Shown here: one piece after another, positions 34,817 to 44,220 of the stretch
Position numbering within the stretch: the stretch's first letter is position 1
Layout: each line of letters begins with the position of its first letter
Assembly (NCBI GenBank): GCA_963719225.1
Contig: CAVRAY010000001.1
Span: 1,152,001 to 1,216,000, forward strand
Reading direction: 5' to 3'
DNA from: Thermoanaerobaculia bacterium
Lineage (GTDB): Bacteria; Acidobacteriota; Thermoanaerobaculia; UBA5066
Length of the DNA stretch: 64,000 nt
Made by a program: the position numbers and the translations under genes
Notes under the pieces: generated by a model
Seen by the model: only the letters and a program-made list of their open reading frames with translations
Told to the model about the DNA's origin: nothing
The model's database searches: none

Positions 34817-35080
34817 ATGGAAATCCTCGCCTCGCCGCGCGCGCCCGTCTTCGGACACGACCTGCTTTCCCTTCTTCAGCAAATGGGAGGGAAAGCGAGC
34901 GTCGAGGCCCTCCAGAACGCGGCGTCCGGCGCTTTCGGCGCGGGCGCGGTATACGGGAACTGCCACGGCGACCGCTTCTCGTTCCACGAGGTGCTCGCTT
35001 TCCTCGCGTCGCGCGGCAAGCTCGAGCGTCGCGGGGACGAGGTCTTCCTCGGGTCTGAGCCTGCCTGCTCCGGCCACTGA
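34817..35080 (+). CDS. YecH/DUF2492-like small metal-binding protein
   Basis: GHDLL...FGAGAVYGNCH...LAFLASRGK...ACSGH. Confidence 0.7.
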   Translation: MEILASPRAPVFGHDLLSLLQQMGGKASVEALQNAASGAFGAGAVYGNCHGDRFSFHEVLAFLASRGKLERRGDEVFLGSEPACSGH

Positions 35081-35119
35081 AGACACCAAGAGGCGGGACT
35101 CTCCGACGATCCCAGGGAC

Positions 35120-35171
35120 CTATTAAAGGTTGTGGTCTTATGCTTTAATAGTGCGGATCGCTATTAAAGGT
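35120..35171. promoter_or_regulatory. Operator-like repeats upstream of fic
   Basis: CTATTAAAGGT at 35120 and 35161, with an inverted copy CTTTAATAG at 35143. Confidence 0.6.
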
Positions 35172-35191
35172 GCGTTTTCGGGAAAGGATCC

Positions 35192-36352
35192 ATGAAACGA
35201 GGGCCGACCGGAGAATTCTCGAGCCTGAATCTTGGCGGGGAAATCGTGCGCGCCTTCGTCCCGCGCCCGCTCCCTCCCGTCCCCGGGATCTCGCTGGCGA
35301 CCGTCCGAGAGAAGCTCGACCGAGCGCTCCTCGCTCTCGGACACCTCGATGCCGTCTCGGCGCTCCTGCCCGATACCCACCTCTTTCTCTACAGCTATGT
35401 CCGAAAAGAAGCGGTCCTTTCGTCGCAGATCGAAGGAACGCAATCGTCGCTCTCCGACCTTCTTCTCTTCGAGCTCGAAGAGCTACCGGGAGTTCCGCTC
35501 GCCGACGTCTCGGAGGTGTCCCGGTACGTTGCGGCGCTCGAACACGGCCTCAAACGTCTGCGAGCCGGGTTTCCGCTCTCGAACCGGCTTCTGCGCGAGA
35601 TCCATGAAGTCCTCCTGGCGAAGGGGCGTGGTGCCGACAAGGCTCCGGGCGAGTTTCGTCGCACTCAGAACTGGATCGGAGGAACGCGCCCGGGGAGCGC
35701 ACGCTTCGTTCCGCCGCCTCCGGATCGCGTCGAGGAGTGCATGGCGGCGCTCGAGCGCTTTCTGCACGACGACCCCGTGCGTACGCCGCCCCTCGAGAAG
35801 GCCGCCATGGCGCATTTGCAGTTCGAGACGATTCATCCGTTCCTCGATGGCAACGGACGGGTGGGCCGGCTGCTCGTCACCCTTCTTCTGTGGAAGGAGG
35901 GTGTTCTCCGGGAGCCTCTCCTCTATCTAAGCCTCTACCTGAAACGGCATCGCGCCCGTTACTACGAGCTGCTCCAGGCGGTCCGTACGGAGGGAGACTG
36001 GGAGGCATGGCTCGCCTTTTTCGCGGACGGTGTGTCGACGACGGCGCGAGGCGCGGTCGAGACGGCCCGCGCGATCGAGAAGCTGTTCCAAAAGGATCGC
36101 GAACGGATTCATGCGTTGGGGCGCGGGGCGAATTCAGCGCTCCTGGTTCATCACGCGCTCGAAAAGCGCCCGCTCGAAACGATCGGCCGCCTCGCCTCGG
36201 CGACGAAGCTCACGGTTCCGACGGTGACGAAGGCGATCACAGCGCTCGAGAAGCTCCGAATCGTCCGAGAAATCACGAAGAGGAGACGGGGCCGCGTGTT
36301 CTCTTACTCGGCGTACCTCGGTCTTCTCGCAGAAGGAACGGAACCGGGCTGA
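35192..36352 (+). CDS. Fic family protein (class II, C-terminal winged HTH)
   Basis: HPFLDGNGRVGR catalytic motif; N-terminal inhibitory SSQIEG. Confidence 0.93.
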   Translation: MKRGPTGEFSSLNLGGEIVRAFVPRPLPPVPGISLATVREKLDRALLALGHLDAVSALLPDTHLFLYSYVRKEAVLSSQIEGTQSSLSDLLLFELEELPGVPLADVSEVSRYVAALEHGLKRLRAGFPLSNRLLREIHEVLLAKGRGADKAPGEFRRTQNWIGGTRPGSARFVPPPPDRVEECMAALERFLHDDPVRTPPLEKAAMAHLQFETIHPFLDGNGRVGRLLVTLLLWKEGVLREPLLYLSLYLKRHRARYYELLQAVRTEGDWEAWLAFFADGVSTTARGAVETARAIEKLFQKDRERIHALGRGANSALLVHHALEKRPLETIGRLASATKLTVPTVTKAITALEKLRIVREITKRRRGRVFSYSAYLGLLAEGTEPG

Positions 36353-36360
36353 ATTCCGGG

Positions 36361-37035
36361 TCAGCCCCCGATCGCTCCCACCGCGAGAGCCACGACCGCG
36401 AAGTGGCAGGCCGCCGCCGCGATCACGAGCGCGTGGAAGACCTCGTGGTACCCGAAGACCCTCGGAAAGGGATTCGGACGCCGGAACGCGTAGACGGCCG
36501 CGCCGAGGCTGTACACGACTCCGCCCGCGGCGAGGAGGACGACGGCTCCCGTTCCGAGCGCCGCCTTGAGCGCGGGGAGGATCGGAAGAGCCGCCCAGCC
36601 GAGGAGGACGCACACGGCCGCGACGAGGACCTTCGGCGCCCCGACCCACGCGACGGAGAGGACGATCCCGACGATCGCTCCCGCCCACACGACGCCGAGC
36701 ATGACCCACCCCGCGCGATTCTCGAGAAGAAAGGCGAACGGCGTGTACGTCCCCGCGATGAGCAGGAAGATCGCCGAGTGGTCGACGCGCCGGAGAATCA
36801 GGCGGACGCGCTCGGACCACGTTGGCCGGTGGTAGATCGCGCTCACGGCGAAGAGCGCGACCAGGGAGATGCCGTAGACGATCGCCCCGATGCGCGCGCG
36901 CGGCCCGGTGGCGGTCAGGACGAGGATTCCCCCGGCGATGGCCGCGACGAATGCGGCGACCTCGTGGAGGACGCCCCTGAGGACCGGTTTCGCGAGGATT
37001 TCGCCTTCGGCTTCCGCCATGGTCCCGTCCATCAT
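36361..37035 (-). CDS. Hemolysin III / PAQR family membrane protein
   Basis: KPVLRGVLH, SAIYH, DHSAIFLLIAGTYTP, GYHEVFH. Confidence 0.92.
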   Translation of the reverse strand: MMDGTMAEAEGEILAKPVLRGVLHEVAAFVAAIAGGILVLTATGPRARIGAIVYGISLVALFAVSAIYHRPTWSERVRLILRRVDHSAIFLLIAGTYTPFAFLLENRAGWVMLGVVWAGAIVGIVLSVAWVGAPKVLVAAVCVLLGWAALPILPALKAALGTGAVVLLAAGGVVYSLGAAVYAFRRPNPFPRVFGYHEVFHALVIAAAACHFAVVALAVGAIGG

Positions 37036-37045
37036 GCTCCTGCGC

Positions 37046-38161
37046 CTACGCCGTCGTCTTCTGGAAGCGCGCGACGGCGAGGGCGATGATGAGGATCGTG
37101 AAGCCGGTGAGCCAGGCGATGGGCTCCCAGAGCTCGGCCACCCCCGCGCCTCTCAGCACGATGCCGCGGACGACCTGGATGAAGTACTTCGCCGGGATCG
37201 CGTACGTGATGATCTGGAAGAACTTCGGCATGCCGTCGATCGGGAAGACGTAGCCCGACAGGAAGACGAACGGCAGGAGAAAGAAGAACGACATCTGCAT
37301 CGCCTGCATCTGCGTCTTCGCGAGCGTGGAAAGCAGCATGCCGAGCCCGAGGACGGCCGCGATGAACATGAGCCCGACGAGGTAGAGCTCGACGACGCTG
37401 CCGGCGATCGGAACTTTGAACAGGAACCTCATCAGGACGATGATGAGCGTGAGCTGGAAGACGCCGATCACGACGAAGGGCGCGATCTTGCCGAGGATCA
37501 GCTCGATGCGCGTGACGGGCGTGACCTGGAGCTGCTCGAGCGTGCCCCGCTCCCTTTCGCGCACGATCGCCATCGCCGTGAACTGGATGAGCGTGAACGT
37601 GAGGATGATCGCGATGAGGCCCGGGATGATGAACGTCGCCGTCCGGAGGTCGGGGTTGTACCAGGGCCTCACGCGCACGTCGACCGGCAGCTCGGGCGAC
37701 TTCCAGCCCGCGCGCTGCGCGAGAAGGCGGATCGAAAGCCCGTTCGCGATGCCGCTCGCGATCGCCATCGCCTGGGACGCCGTCGTCGTGTCCGACGCGT
37801 TCACGATCAGGAGCGCATGGGCCGGCGCGCCGCGGTGGATGTCCTTGCCGAAATCCGCGTCGATCACGAGGCCGACGGACGCGTGCGCCGAGTCGATCTC
37901 GCGGCGGAGGTCCGCCTGGGAATCCACGTACTTGACGACGTCGAAGTACTCGCTCGCGGTCATCTTCGAGACGAGCTCGCGGCTCTCGTACGAGCGCGAT
38001 TCGTCGAGGATCGCCGTCGTCAGGTGCTTGACGTCGTAGTTGATCGCGTACCCGAAGATCATCGTCTGGAGGAGCGGGACCATGACGATCATGCGCAGCG
38101 TCAGGGGGTCCCTCTTGAGCTGCAGGAACTCCTTGCGGGCGAGGGCCAGGAACCGTTTCAT
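37046..38161 (-). CDS. ABC-2 transporter permease (YbhR/S-like)
   Basis: RKEFLQLKRD, WYNPDL, RERERGTLEQL, LSGYVFPI. Confidence 0.92.
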   Translation of the reverse strand: MKRFLALARKEFLQLKRDPLTLRMIVMVPLLQTMIFGYAINYDVKHLTTAILDESRSYESRELVSKMTASEYFDVVKYVDSQADLRREIDSAHASVGLVIDADFGKDIHRGAPAHALLIVNASDTTTASQAMAIASGIANGLSIRLLAQRAGWKSPELPVDVRVRPWYNPDLRTATFIIPGLIAIILTFTLIQFTAMAIVRERERGTLEQLQVTPVTRIELILGKIAPFVVIGVFQLTLIIVLMRFLFKVPIAGSVVELYLVGLMFIAAVLGLGMLLSTLAKTQMQAMQMSFFFLLPFVFLSGYVFPIDGMPKFFQIITYAIPAKYFIQVVRGIVLRGAGVAELWEPIAWLTGFTILIIALAVARFQKTTA

Positions 38162-39108
38162 GCCGCGACCTCCTCCCGCGATCTCCTCTGCTTGCGCGCA
38201 AGCGAAACGAAGACGTCTTCCAGGGACGGCTCGGCCGGCTCCGGCGGCGCGAAACGGGCGAGCAGGTTTCGCGCTTCGTCGATGGAGCCGGGCTTCGCGA
38301 CGGCGCGAAGCCGCGCGCCGAAGAGGTAGGCGTCCTCGAGAGAGGCATCCTTCTGCACTTCCTCGAGCGCCACGAACGGGTCCGAGGGCGGCGTGACCTG
38401 CACGATCCGGTCCGCGAGGTCGCGCTTGAGGTCGGGTGGAGCGCCCTCCGCGATGATCGCGCCGTCGAGGATGAACGCGAGCTCGTCGCACTGCTCGGCT
38501 TCGTCCATGTAATGCGTCGTGACGAGGACCGTCATGCTCTTCTCCGCCGCGAGCTCGTAGATCAGGTCCCAGAAGAGCCGCCGTCCTCGCGGATCGACGC
38601 CTCCCGTCGGCTCGTCCAGGAACAGGAGCTCCGGCTCGTGGAGAAGCGCGGCCGCCAGCGCGACGCGCTGGCGATAGCCCGTGGAGAGTCCTTCCGTGAG
38701 GGCCGGCAGGAGCTTCGCGAAGCGGAGCCGTTCCGACAGCTCCTTGATGCGGTCGGCGAGGCGGTCCTTCGGAAGGCCGTAGATCGATCCGAAGAACGTC
38801 AGGTTCTCCTCGGCCGTAAGGTCCAGGTAGAGCGAGAACTTCTGGCTCATGTACCCGAGATGCGTCTTCCACGTGTCGGTGTCGCGCGCGACGTCGAGCG
38901 TGCGACCCTTCGGCTGCATCGTCGCGCGGCCCTCGGAGGGCTTGAGGAGCCCCGCGAGCATCCGGATCGTCGTGGATTTTCCCGAGCCGTTCGGGCCGAG
39001 GAAGCCGAAGACCTTCCCGCGGGGAACCTCGAACGAGACGTGGTCGACGGCGACGAAATTGCCGAACTTCCGCGTGAGGTTCTCGCAGCTGAGGAGGATG
39101 TCACTCAT
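38158..39108 (-). CDS. ABC transporter ATP-binding protein
   Basis: GPNGSGKST, YMSQKFSLY, LDEPTGGVDP, THYMDEAE. Confidence 0.93.
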   Translation of the reverse strand: MSDILLSCENLTRKFGNFVAVDHVSFEVPRGKVFGFLGPNGSGKSTTIRMLAGLLKPSEGRATMQPKGRTLDVARDTDTWKTHLGYMSQKFSLYLDLTAEENLTFFGSIYGLPKDRLADRIKELSERLRFAKLLPALTEGLSTGYRQRVALAAALLHEPELLFLDEPTGGVDPRGRRLFWDLIYELAAEKSMTVLVTTHYMDEAEQCDELAFILDGAIIAEGAPPDLKRDLADRIVQVTPPSDPFVALEEVQKDASLEDAYLFGARLRAVAKPGSIDEARNLLARFAPPEPAEPSLEDVFVSLARKQRRSREEVAA

Positions 39109-40001
39109 CCCTCGGCCTCGCTGAACAGGACGAACGCGTCCTCGAGGCTGGGCTCTACGCGCCGGATGTCCTCTGCCGGGACGAGACCCGCGAGCGCCTC
39201 GCGCAATTCACCTTCTAAGAAATCCCCCGTCTTCCCTTTATCTTCTCTTCCCCTCACGTGCAGCCTCGTCCCGAAGAGCGAGACGTCGTCGACCTCCTGC
39301 ACTCCCTCGAGGCGCTTCTTGACCTCGAGCCGCTTCGACGAGCGGATCTCGACGAGCGGCCGCGGATACGAGGCGAGGATCTCTTCGCGCGTGCCGAGGG
39401 CGGAAAGCCGTCCGTGATCCAGGAACGCGAGATGCGTGGCGTACTCCGCCTCGTCCATGTAGGGCGTCGAAACGACGATCGTCAGGCCTTCGTGGTGCAG
39501 CCGGTTCAGGAGCAGCCAGAACTCGCGGCGCGACACCGGGTCGACGCCGGTCGTGGGCTCGTCGAGGAGAAGGAGAGGCGGCTGCGTCATGAGCGCCGAG
39601 ACGAGCGAGAGCTTCTGCCTCATGCCTCCCGAAAGCGCTCCCGCGAGACGCTTCCCGAACCGGTCGAGGCCGACGCGCTGCAGGAGGTCCTTCGCGCGCT
39701 TCGCGGCGACGTCGTCGGGGATCTCGTAGAGCCGCGCCCTGAGGGAGAGGTTCTCGTCGATCGAGAGGTCCTCGTAAAGGCTGAAGCGCTGCGGCACGAA
39801 GCCGAACGCGACGTTTTCCGCGATGCGGACGGTGCCCGCGGTCGGCTTGAGAAGGCCGGCGACGATGCGGAACAACGTCGACTTGCCGGCGCCGTCGGGC
39901 CCGATGAGCGCGAAGAGCTCGCCCTTGTCGATCTCGAGGTCGATTCCCCTGAGGGCCTCGACCTTTTCGAACTTCCGGGCGACGCCCCGGATCTCGATCA
40001 C
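39105..40001 (-). CDS. ABC transporter ATP-binding protein
   Basis: GTG start overlaps the HlyD stop; GPDGAGKST, LSGGMRQK, LDEPTTGVDP, STPYMDEAE. Confidence 0.93.
   Translation of the reverse strand: MIEIRGVARKFEKVEALRGIDLEIDKGELFALIGPDGAGKSTLFRIVAGLLKPTAGTVRIAENVAFGFVPQRFSLYEDLSIDENLSLRARLYEIPDDVAAKRAKDLLQRVGLDRFGKRLAGALSGGMRQKLSLVSALMTQPPLLLLDEPTTGVDPVSRREFWLLLNRLHHEGLTIVVSTPYMDEAEYATHLAFLDHGRLSALGTREEILASYPRPLVEIRSSKRLEVKKRLEGVQEVDDVSLFGTRLHVRGREDKGKTGDFLEGELREALAGLVPAEDIRRVEPSLEDAFVLFSEAEG
39213..39221. repeat. Dispersed motif TTCTAAGAA (inside the ABC ATPase)
   Basis: Exact copy followed by ATCC and a long pyrimidine tract. Confidence 0.75.
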
Positions 40002-40993
40002 GGGCCGACCTTGACGCTCACTTCCGCGGGCTGCCCCGGGACGAGCGGCACGTTCCACCCCGCGTCGAGGTCCACCTTCGCGGCGTAGACCTGGTTCACG
40101 CGCTCCTCGCGCGTCTCGACCGGCTTCGGCGTGAACTCCGCGTCGGGGGAGATCTCCGTGACGTGCGCCGGGAAGGACTTGCCGGGGAACGAATCCACGG
40201 TGACGGTCGCGGGGAGCGATGTCCTCACCACGCCGAGCTTGGTCTCGGGGATGTAGGTCCGCACGTAGAGACGTCCCGTGAACGCCATCGTCAGCGCGGG
40301 CTGGGACGGCGAGAGCAGGAGGCCCGGCTCGGCCATGCGGTGGAGGACGACGCCGTCCGCGGGTGCGCGGATTTCCGCCTCTCCGGCGGTCGTCTCGGAC
40401 TGCTTGAGGACCGTGCGCGCCCGGTCCACGTCGCGCCGCGCCTGTTCCTTCTGCCACGAGCGCGTGCCTTCGCGGAGGAGGCCGAGTTTTTCTTCGCTCA
40501 TCTTGAGATTGGCCTCCGCGCGATCGAGATTCGCGCGCGCAACGTCCACGTCTCGAGGAGATCCCACTTTCTTAGAAAGTAATATCTGCTGGCGCTCGAG
40601 CTCCGGCTTCGCGAGATCCAGAGCGGCGCGACGGTCCGCGACTTCCTGCTCCGCAGCCTTGATTTCCGACCCCCGGCTTCCCGCTTCCAGGTCCTGGTAC
40701 CGCGCCTGGCTGGATTCCAGGCCGCGGCGATCGCGCTCGACGGCGAGCGCCATCTCGCCGAGGTCGAGCTTCACGAGGAGGTCGCCGGCCTTCACGCGAT
40801 CCCCTTCCTTCACCTTGACCTCGACGACGCGCCCGGCGACCTTCGGCGCGAGGTCCACGGTGGGTGCTTCGAGACGCCCGCTCAGCTTGACGAAGTTCGG
40901 GTCCTGCTTCGGCCGGCATGCGGCAATGACGATTGCCGAGGCCGCGAGTCCGGCGATCGCGACGGCCGGGAAGAAACGAGACGTCCTGCGCAT
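39998..40993 (-). CDS. HlyD family periplasmic adaptor (YbhG-like)
   Basis: SGRLEA, EGDRVKAGD, IRAPADG, ISPDAEFTPK. Confidence 0.92.
   Translation of the reverse strand: MRRTSRFFPAVAIAGLAASAIVIAACRPKQDPNFVKLSGRLEAPTVDLAPKVAGRVVEVKVKEGDRVKAGDLLVKLDLGEMALAVERDRRGLESSQARYQDLEAGSRGSEIKAAEQEVADRRAALDLAKPELERQQILLSKKVGSPRDVDVARANLDRAEANLKMSEEKLGLLREGTRSWQKEQARRDVDRARTVLKQSETTAGEAEIRAPADGVVLHRMAEPGLLLSPSQPALTMAFTGRLYVRTYIPETKLGVVRTSLPATVTVDSFPGKSFPAHVTEISPDAEFTPKPVETREERVNQVYAAKVDLDAGWNVPLVPGQPAEVSVKVGP
40566..40580. repeat. Dispersed motif as a 15-bp palindrome ACTTTCT-T-AGAAAGT (inside hlyD)
   Basis: Perfect inverted arms around a central T. Confidence 0.75.
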
Positions 40994-41005
40994 GCGGCCG
41001 CCAGC

Positions 41006-44000
41006 CTACAGTTCCGCGGGCGCGGGCGCGAGGGTCTGGTCCGCGGCCGGCTGCGCGCCGGGCTGCTTGCGCAGCCGCCGGACCGCGCGGCCGATCGCCT
41101 GCTGCGCGTCGTCGAAGAGCGAGTAGGCGACGGGCGTCGCGAGGAGCGTGAGGAGGAGCGCGAGCGTCTGGCCGCCCACGATGACCGACCCGATCGCGCG
41201 GTTCGTGCCCGCGCCCGGCCCGGAGGAGACGAGAAGCGGCAGCATGCCGGCCACGAAGGCGAGAGTCGTCATGAGGATGGGGCGGAGGCGCTCGCGGCTC
41301 GCGAGGATGACCGCCGCGTCGCGCTCCATGCCGCGTTCGCGAAGCTGGTTCGCGAACTCGACCTGGAGAATCGAGTTCTTCTTCACGACTCCGAACAAAA
41401 CGAGGATGCCGAGCGACGTGAAGATGTTCAGCGACTGGCCGGCGATGAGAATCGAGAGGAGCGCGAACGGCACCGTGAGCGGAAGAGCGAGGAGGATCGT
41501 GATCGGATGGAGCCAGCTCTCGAACTGGGCCGCGAGGATGAGGTACATGAAGATGAACGACAGCGCGAACGCCAGGAGGAAGTTCTGCGCGGCACGGCCC
41601 TGCTCCTTCGAGCGGCCGATGAAGCGATACGTGAAGGAGGGGTCGAGGTTCATCGCCTTCGCCTCCTTCGCGAGGAGATCGATCGCGACCTGAGACGAGA
41701 AGCCCGGGTTCATGTTCGCGAGGATCGTGACCTGGCGCCGGCGGTTCAGGCGCTTGATCTCCGACGGGCCCGTGCCCGCGCGGAAGGACGTCACGTCCTC
41801 GAGCGGGACCGCACCGAGGCGGTTCGACGGCACGTTGAAGCGGCGGAGGCTCGCCTCGTCGGTGCGGTCGCCCGGCCGGGCGCGGAGGTACACGTCGTAC
41901 TGCTCGCCCCCGTCGTCGAAAGCGGAGACTTTCTCGCCGCCCACGAGGACGCGGAGGGTCTCGGAGACGTCCGCCACCGAGACGCCGAGGTCCGACGCTT
42001 TCGAGCGGGCGACGGTCACGCCGAGCTCGGGCTTGCCGAAGATGAGCGACGAGTCCACGTCCACGATGCCGGGGACCTGCGAGAGCTTCTTCATGAGCGT
42101 GTCGGAGACGGCCGCGAGCCGCGTGAGGTCCGGCCCGTTCACGACGAACATGATCTCGGCGTTCTTCTGCCCGCCCGAGAAGGCGTTCACGTACGACACG
42201 TCCGAGCGCAGCCTGGAGTCCTCGAAGTGCGGGAGGATCTGCTTGCGCACGCGGTCCATGACGGTCGTCTGCGCGTCCTTGCGCCTGTGGACGTCCACGA
42301 GCTTCACGTAGATGCTTCCGACGTTCGGGGTCTTCGCGTCGTCGGCGCCCACCGTCAGAAGCGTGTATTCGACGCCGGCGAGCGCCTTGACCTCCTTGGA
42401 GATGCGGTTCCCGATGAGGGCCGTCGCTTCGAGCGACGTTCCCTCCGGCGCGCGGAAGTTCACCTCGAACTGCGACTCGTCGTCGTAGGGCAGGAAATTC
42501 TTCGGGACGAACTTGAAGAGGACCGGTACGGCGAGAAGGGCGACGACGCACGCGAGGACGACCGCCCAGCGCCGCGCCATGGACCACGTGAGCATCGACG
42601 TGTACGCCCGGTCGATGTGCCGATAGAAGCCTCGCGACTTCGTTGAAGAGCTCTCCGACGACGCGCCGCCCTCGCCCAGGCTCTCTCTCCTTCTAAGCAA
42701 ATCTTCTTTCTTCTCTTCTTTTCTCTTCAACAACCTGGCCGACAACATGGGCGTCAGCGAGAAGGACACGAGGAGCGAGACGAGGATTGCGAAGGCCATC
42801 GTGAGGCCGAACGAGTTCATGAACCGCCCGACGATGCCGCCCATGAAGGCGACGGGAAGGAAGACGGCCACGAGCGAGAGCGTCGTCGCGAGGACGGCGA
42901 GGCCGATCTCCTTCGTCGCGTCGATCGCGGCCTGGAAAGGCATGACCTTCTTCTCCTCGATGAACCGGAAGATGTTCTCGAGAACGACGATGGCGTCGTC
43001 GATGACGATGCCGACGGCGAGCGTGAGCGCGAGGAGCGTCAGGACGTTGAGCGTGAAGCCCATCGCGTACATGAGGGCGTACGTGGAGATGATCGACGTC
43101 GGAATCGCGATCGCCGCGATGAGGGTCGACCGGAGGTTGCCGAGGAAGAGGAGCACGACGAGCGCCGCGAGGAAACCGCCGAGAACGAGGTGCTCCTGGA
43201 CGGTCGAGACGGCGGCCTTGATGAACTGCGACTGGTCGCGGACGATCTCGGTCGTGTAGCCGGCCGGGAGCTGCGGAGCGATCTCGGCGAGGCGGCCCTT
43301 GATCGCATCGATGACCTGGACCGTGTTCGTGCCCGACTGCTTGCGGACCGACAGGACGACCGTGGGAACTCCGTCCTTGCTCGCGGCGCGCTCGGCGTCC
43401 TCTTCGCTGTCCTCCACGGTCGCGACGTCGCCGATCCGCACCGGCAGCCCGCTCCGCTGCGTGATGAAGATCGCCTCGAACTCCTTCGCGTTCGCCACGC
43501 GTCCGTAGACGCGGACGGTCGCCTCGTTCGCGCCGCTCTTGAGCGTGCCGCCCGGGAGCTTCACGTTCTGCGTCTGGAGAGCGCGGCGGACGTCGACGGC
43601 GGAAAGGCCGTAGGCCTTGAGGCGCTCGGTGTCGAGGCGCACGTTGATGCGGCGCGACCGGCCGCCGAGGATCGTGACCTGCCCGACTCCGTTGACGGAC
43701 TCGAGCTGGCGGCGCAGGACCTTGTCGGCGAACTCGGTCGTCTCGCGGAGGGTCCGGTTTCCCGAGAGAGCCACGGAGAGGACCGGCGTGGCGTCGGGAT
43801 CGAGCTTCTCCACGATGGGCTGGTCGATGTCGCGCGGGAGCTCGGCGAGGACGCGGTTCACCTTGTCGCGCACTTCCTGAGCGGCGACGTCGACGTTCTT
43901 CTCGAGGATGAACGTGACGAAGACCTGCGAGATGCCCTCGGCGGAGACCGACTGGAGGTCGTCGATGCCCGCGATCGTGTTGATCGACTCCTCGATCTTG

Positions 44001-44197
44001 TCGGTGACCTCCGTTTCGACCTCCTCCGGAGCCGCTCCGGGAAGGCGGGTGATGACGGCGACCGTGGGGAAGTCGACGCGCGGATACCGGTCCACTCCGA
44101 GGCGCGTGTAGCCGACGCCTCCGACGACGACGAGCGCGATGATGATCACCGACGCGAAAACGGGCCGGCGAACGCAAAGACGGGCGAGTGCCTGCAC
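41006..44197 (-). CDS. RND efflux permease (AcrB/AcrD/AcrF family)
   Basis: RRPVFA, GIVIDDAIVVLENI, SLTPML, KNSIL, RLRPILMTT. Confidence 0.95.
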   Translation of the reverse strand: MQALARLCVRRPVFASVIIIALVVVGGVGYTRLGVDRYPRVDFPTVAVITRLPGAAPEEVETEVTDKIEESINTIAGIDDLQSVSAEGISQVFVTFILEKNVDVAAQEVRDKVNRVLAELPRDIDQPIVEKLDPDATPVLSVALSGNRTLRETTEFADKVLRRQLESVNGVGQVTILGGRSRRINVRLDTERLKAYGLSAVDVRRALQTQNVKLPGGTLKSGANEATVRVYGRVANAKEFEAIFITQRSGLPVRIGDVATVEDSEEDAERAASKDGVPTVVLSVRKQSGTNTVQVIDAIKGRLAEIAPQLPAGYTTEIVRDQSQFIKAAVSTVQEHLVLGGFLAALVVLLFLGNLRSTLIAAIAIPTSIISTYALMYAMGFTLNVLTLLALTLAVGIVIDDAIVVLENIFRFIEEKKVMPFQAAIDATKEIGLAVLATTLSLVAVFLPVAFMGGIVGRFMNSFGLTMAFAILVSLLVSFSLTPMLSARLLKRKEEKKEDLLRRRESLGEGGASSESSSTKSRGFYRHIDRAYTSMLTWSMARRWAVVLACVVALLAVPVLFKFVPKNFLPYDDESQFEVNFRAPEGTSLEATALIGNRISKEVKALAGVEYTLLTVGADDAKTPNVGSIYVKLVDVHRRKDAQTTVMDRVRKQILPHFEDSRLRSDVSYVNAFSGGQKNAEIMFVVNGPDLTRLAAVSDTLMKKLSQVPGIVDVDSSLIFGKPELGVTVARSKASDLGVSVADVSETLRVLVGGEKVSAFDDGGEQYDVYLRARPGDRTDEASLRRFNVPSNRLGAVPLEDVTSFRAGTGPSEIKRLNRRRQVTILANMNPGFSSQVAIDLLAKEAKAMNLDPSFTYRFIGRSKEQGRAAQNFLLAFALSFIFMYLILAAQFESWLHPITILLALPLTVPFALLSILIAGQSLNIFTSLGILVLFGVVKKNSILQVEFANQLRERGMERDAAVILASRERLRPILMTTLAFVAGMLPLLVSSGPGAGTNRAIGSVIVGGQTLALLLTLLATPVAYSLFDDAQQAIGRAVRRLRKQPGAQPAADQTLAPAPAEL

Positions 44198-44220
44198 GGT
44201 TTGGTCTCCTTATTCGCCGG

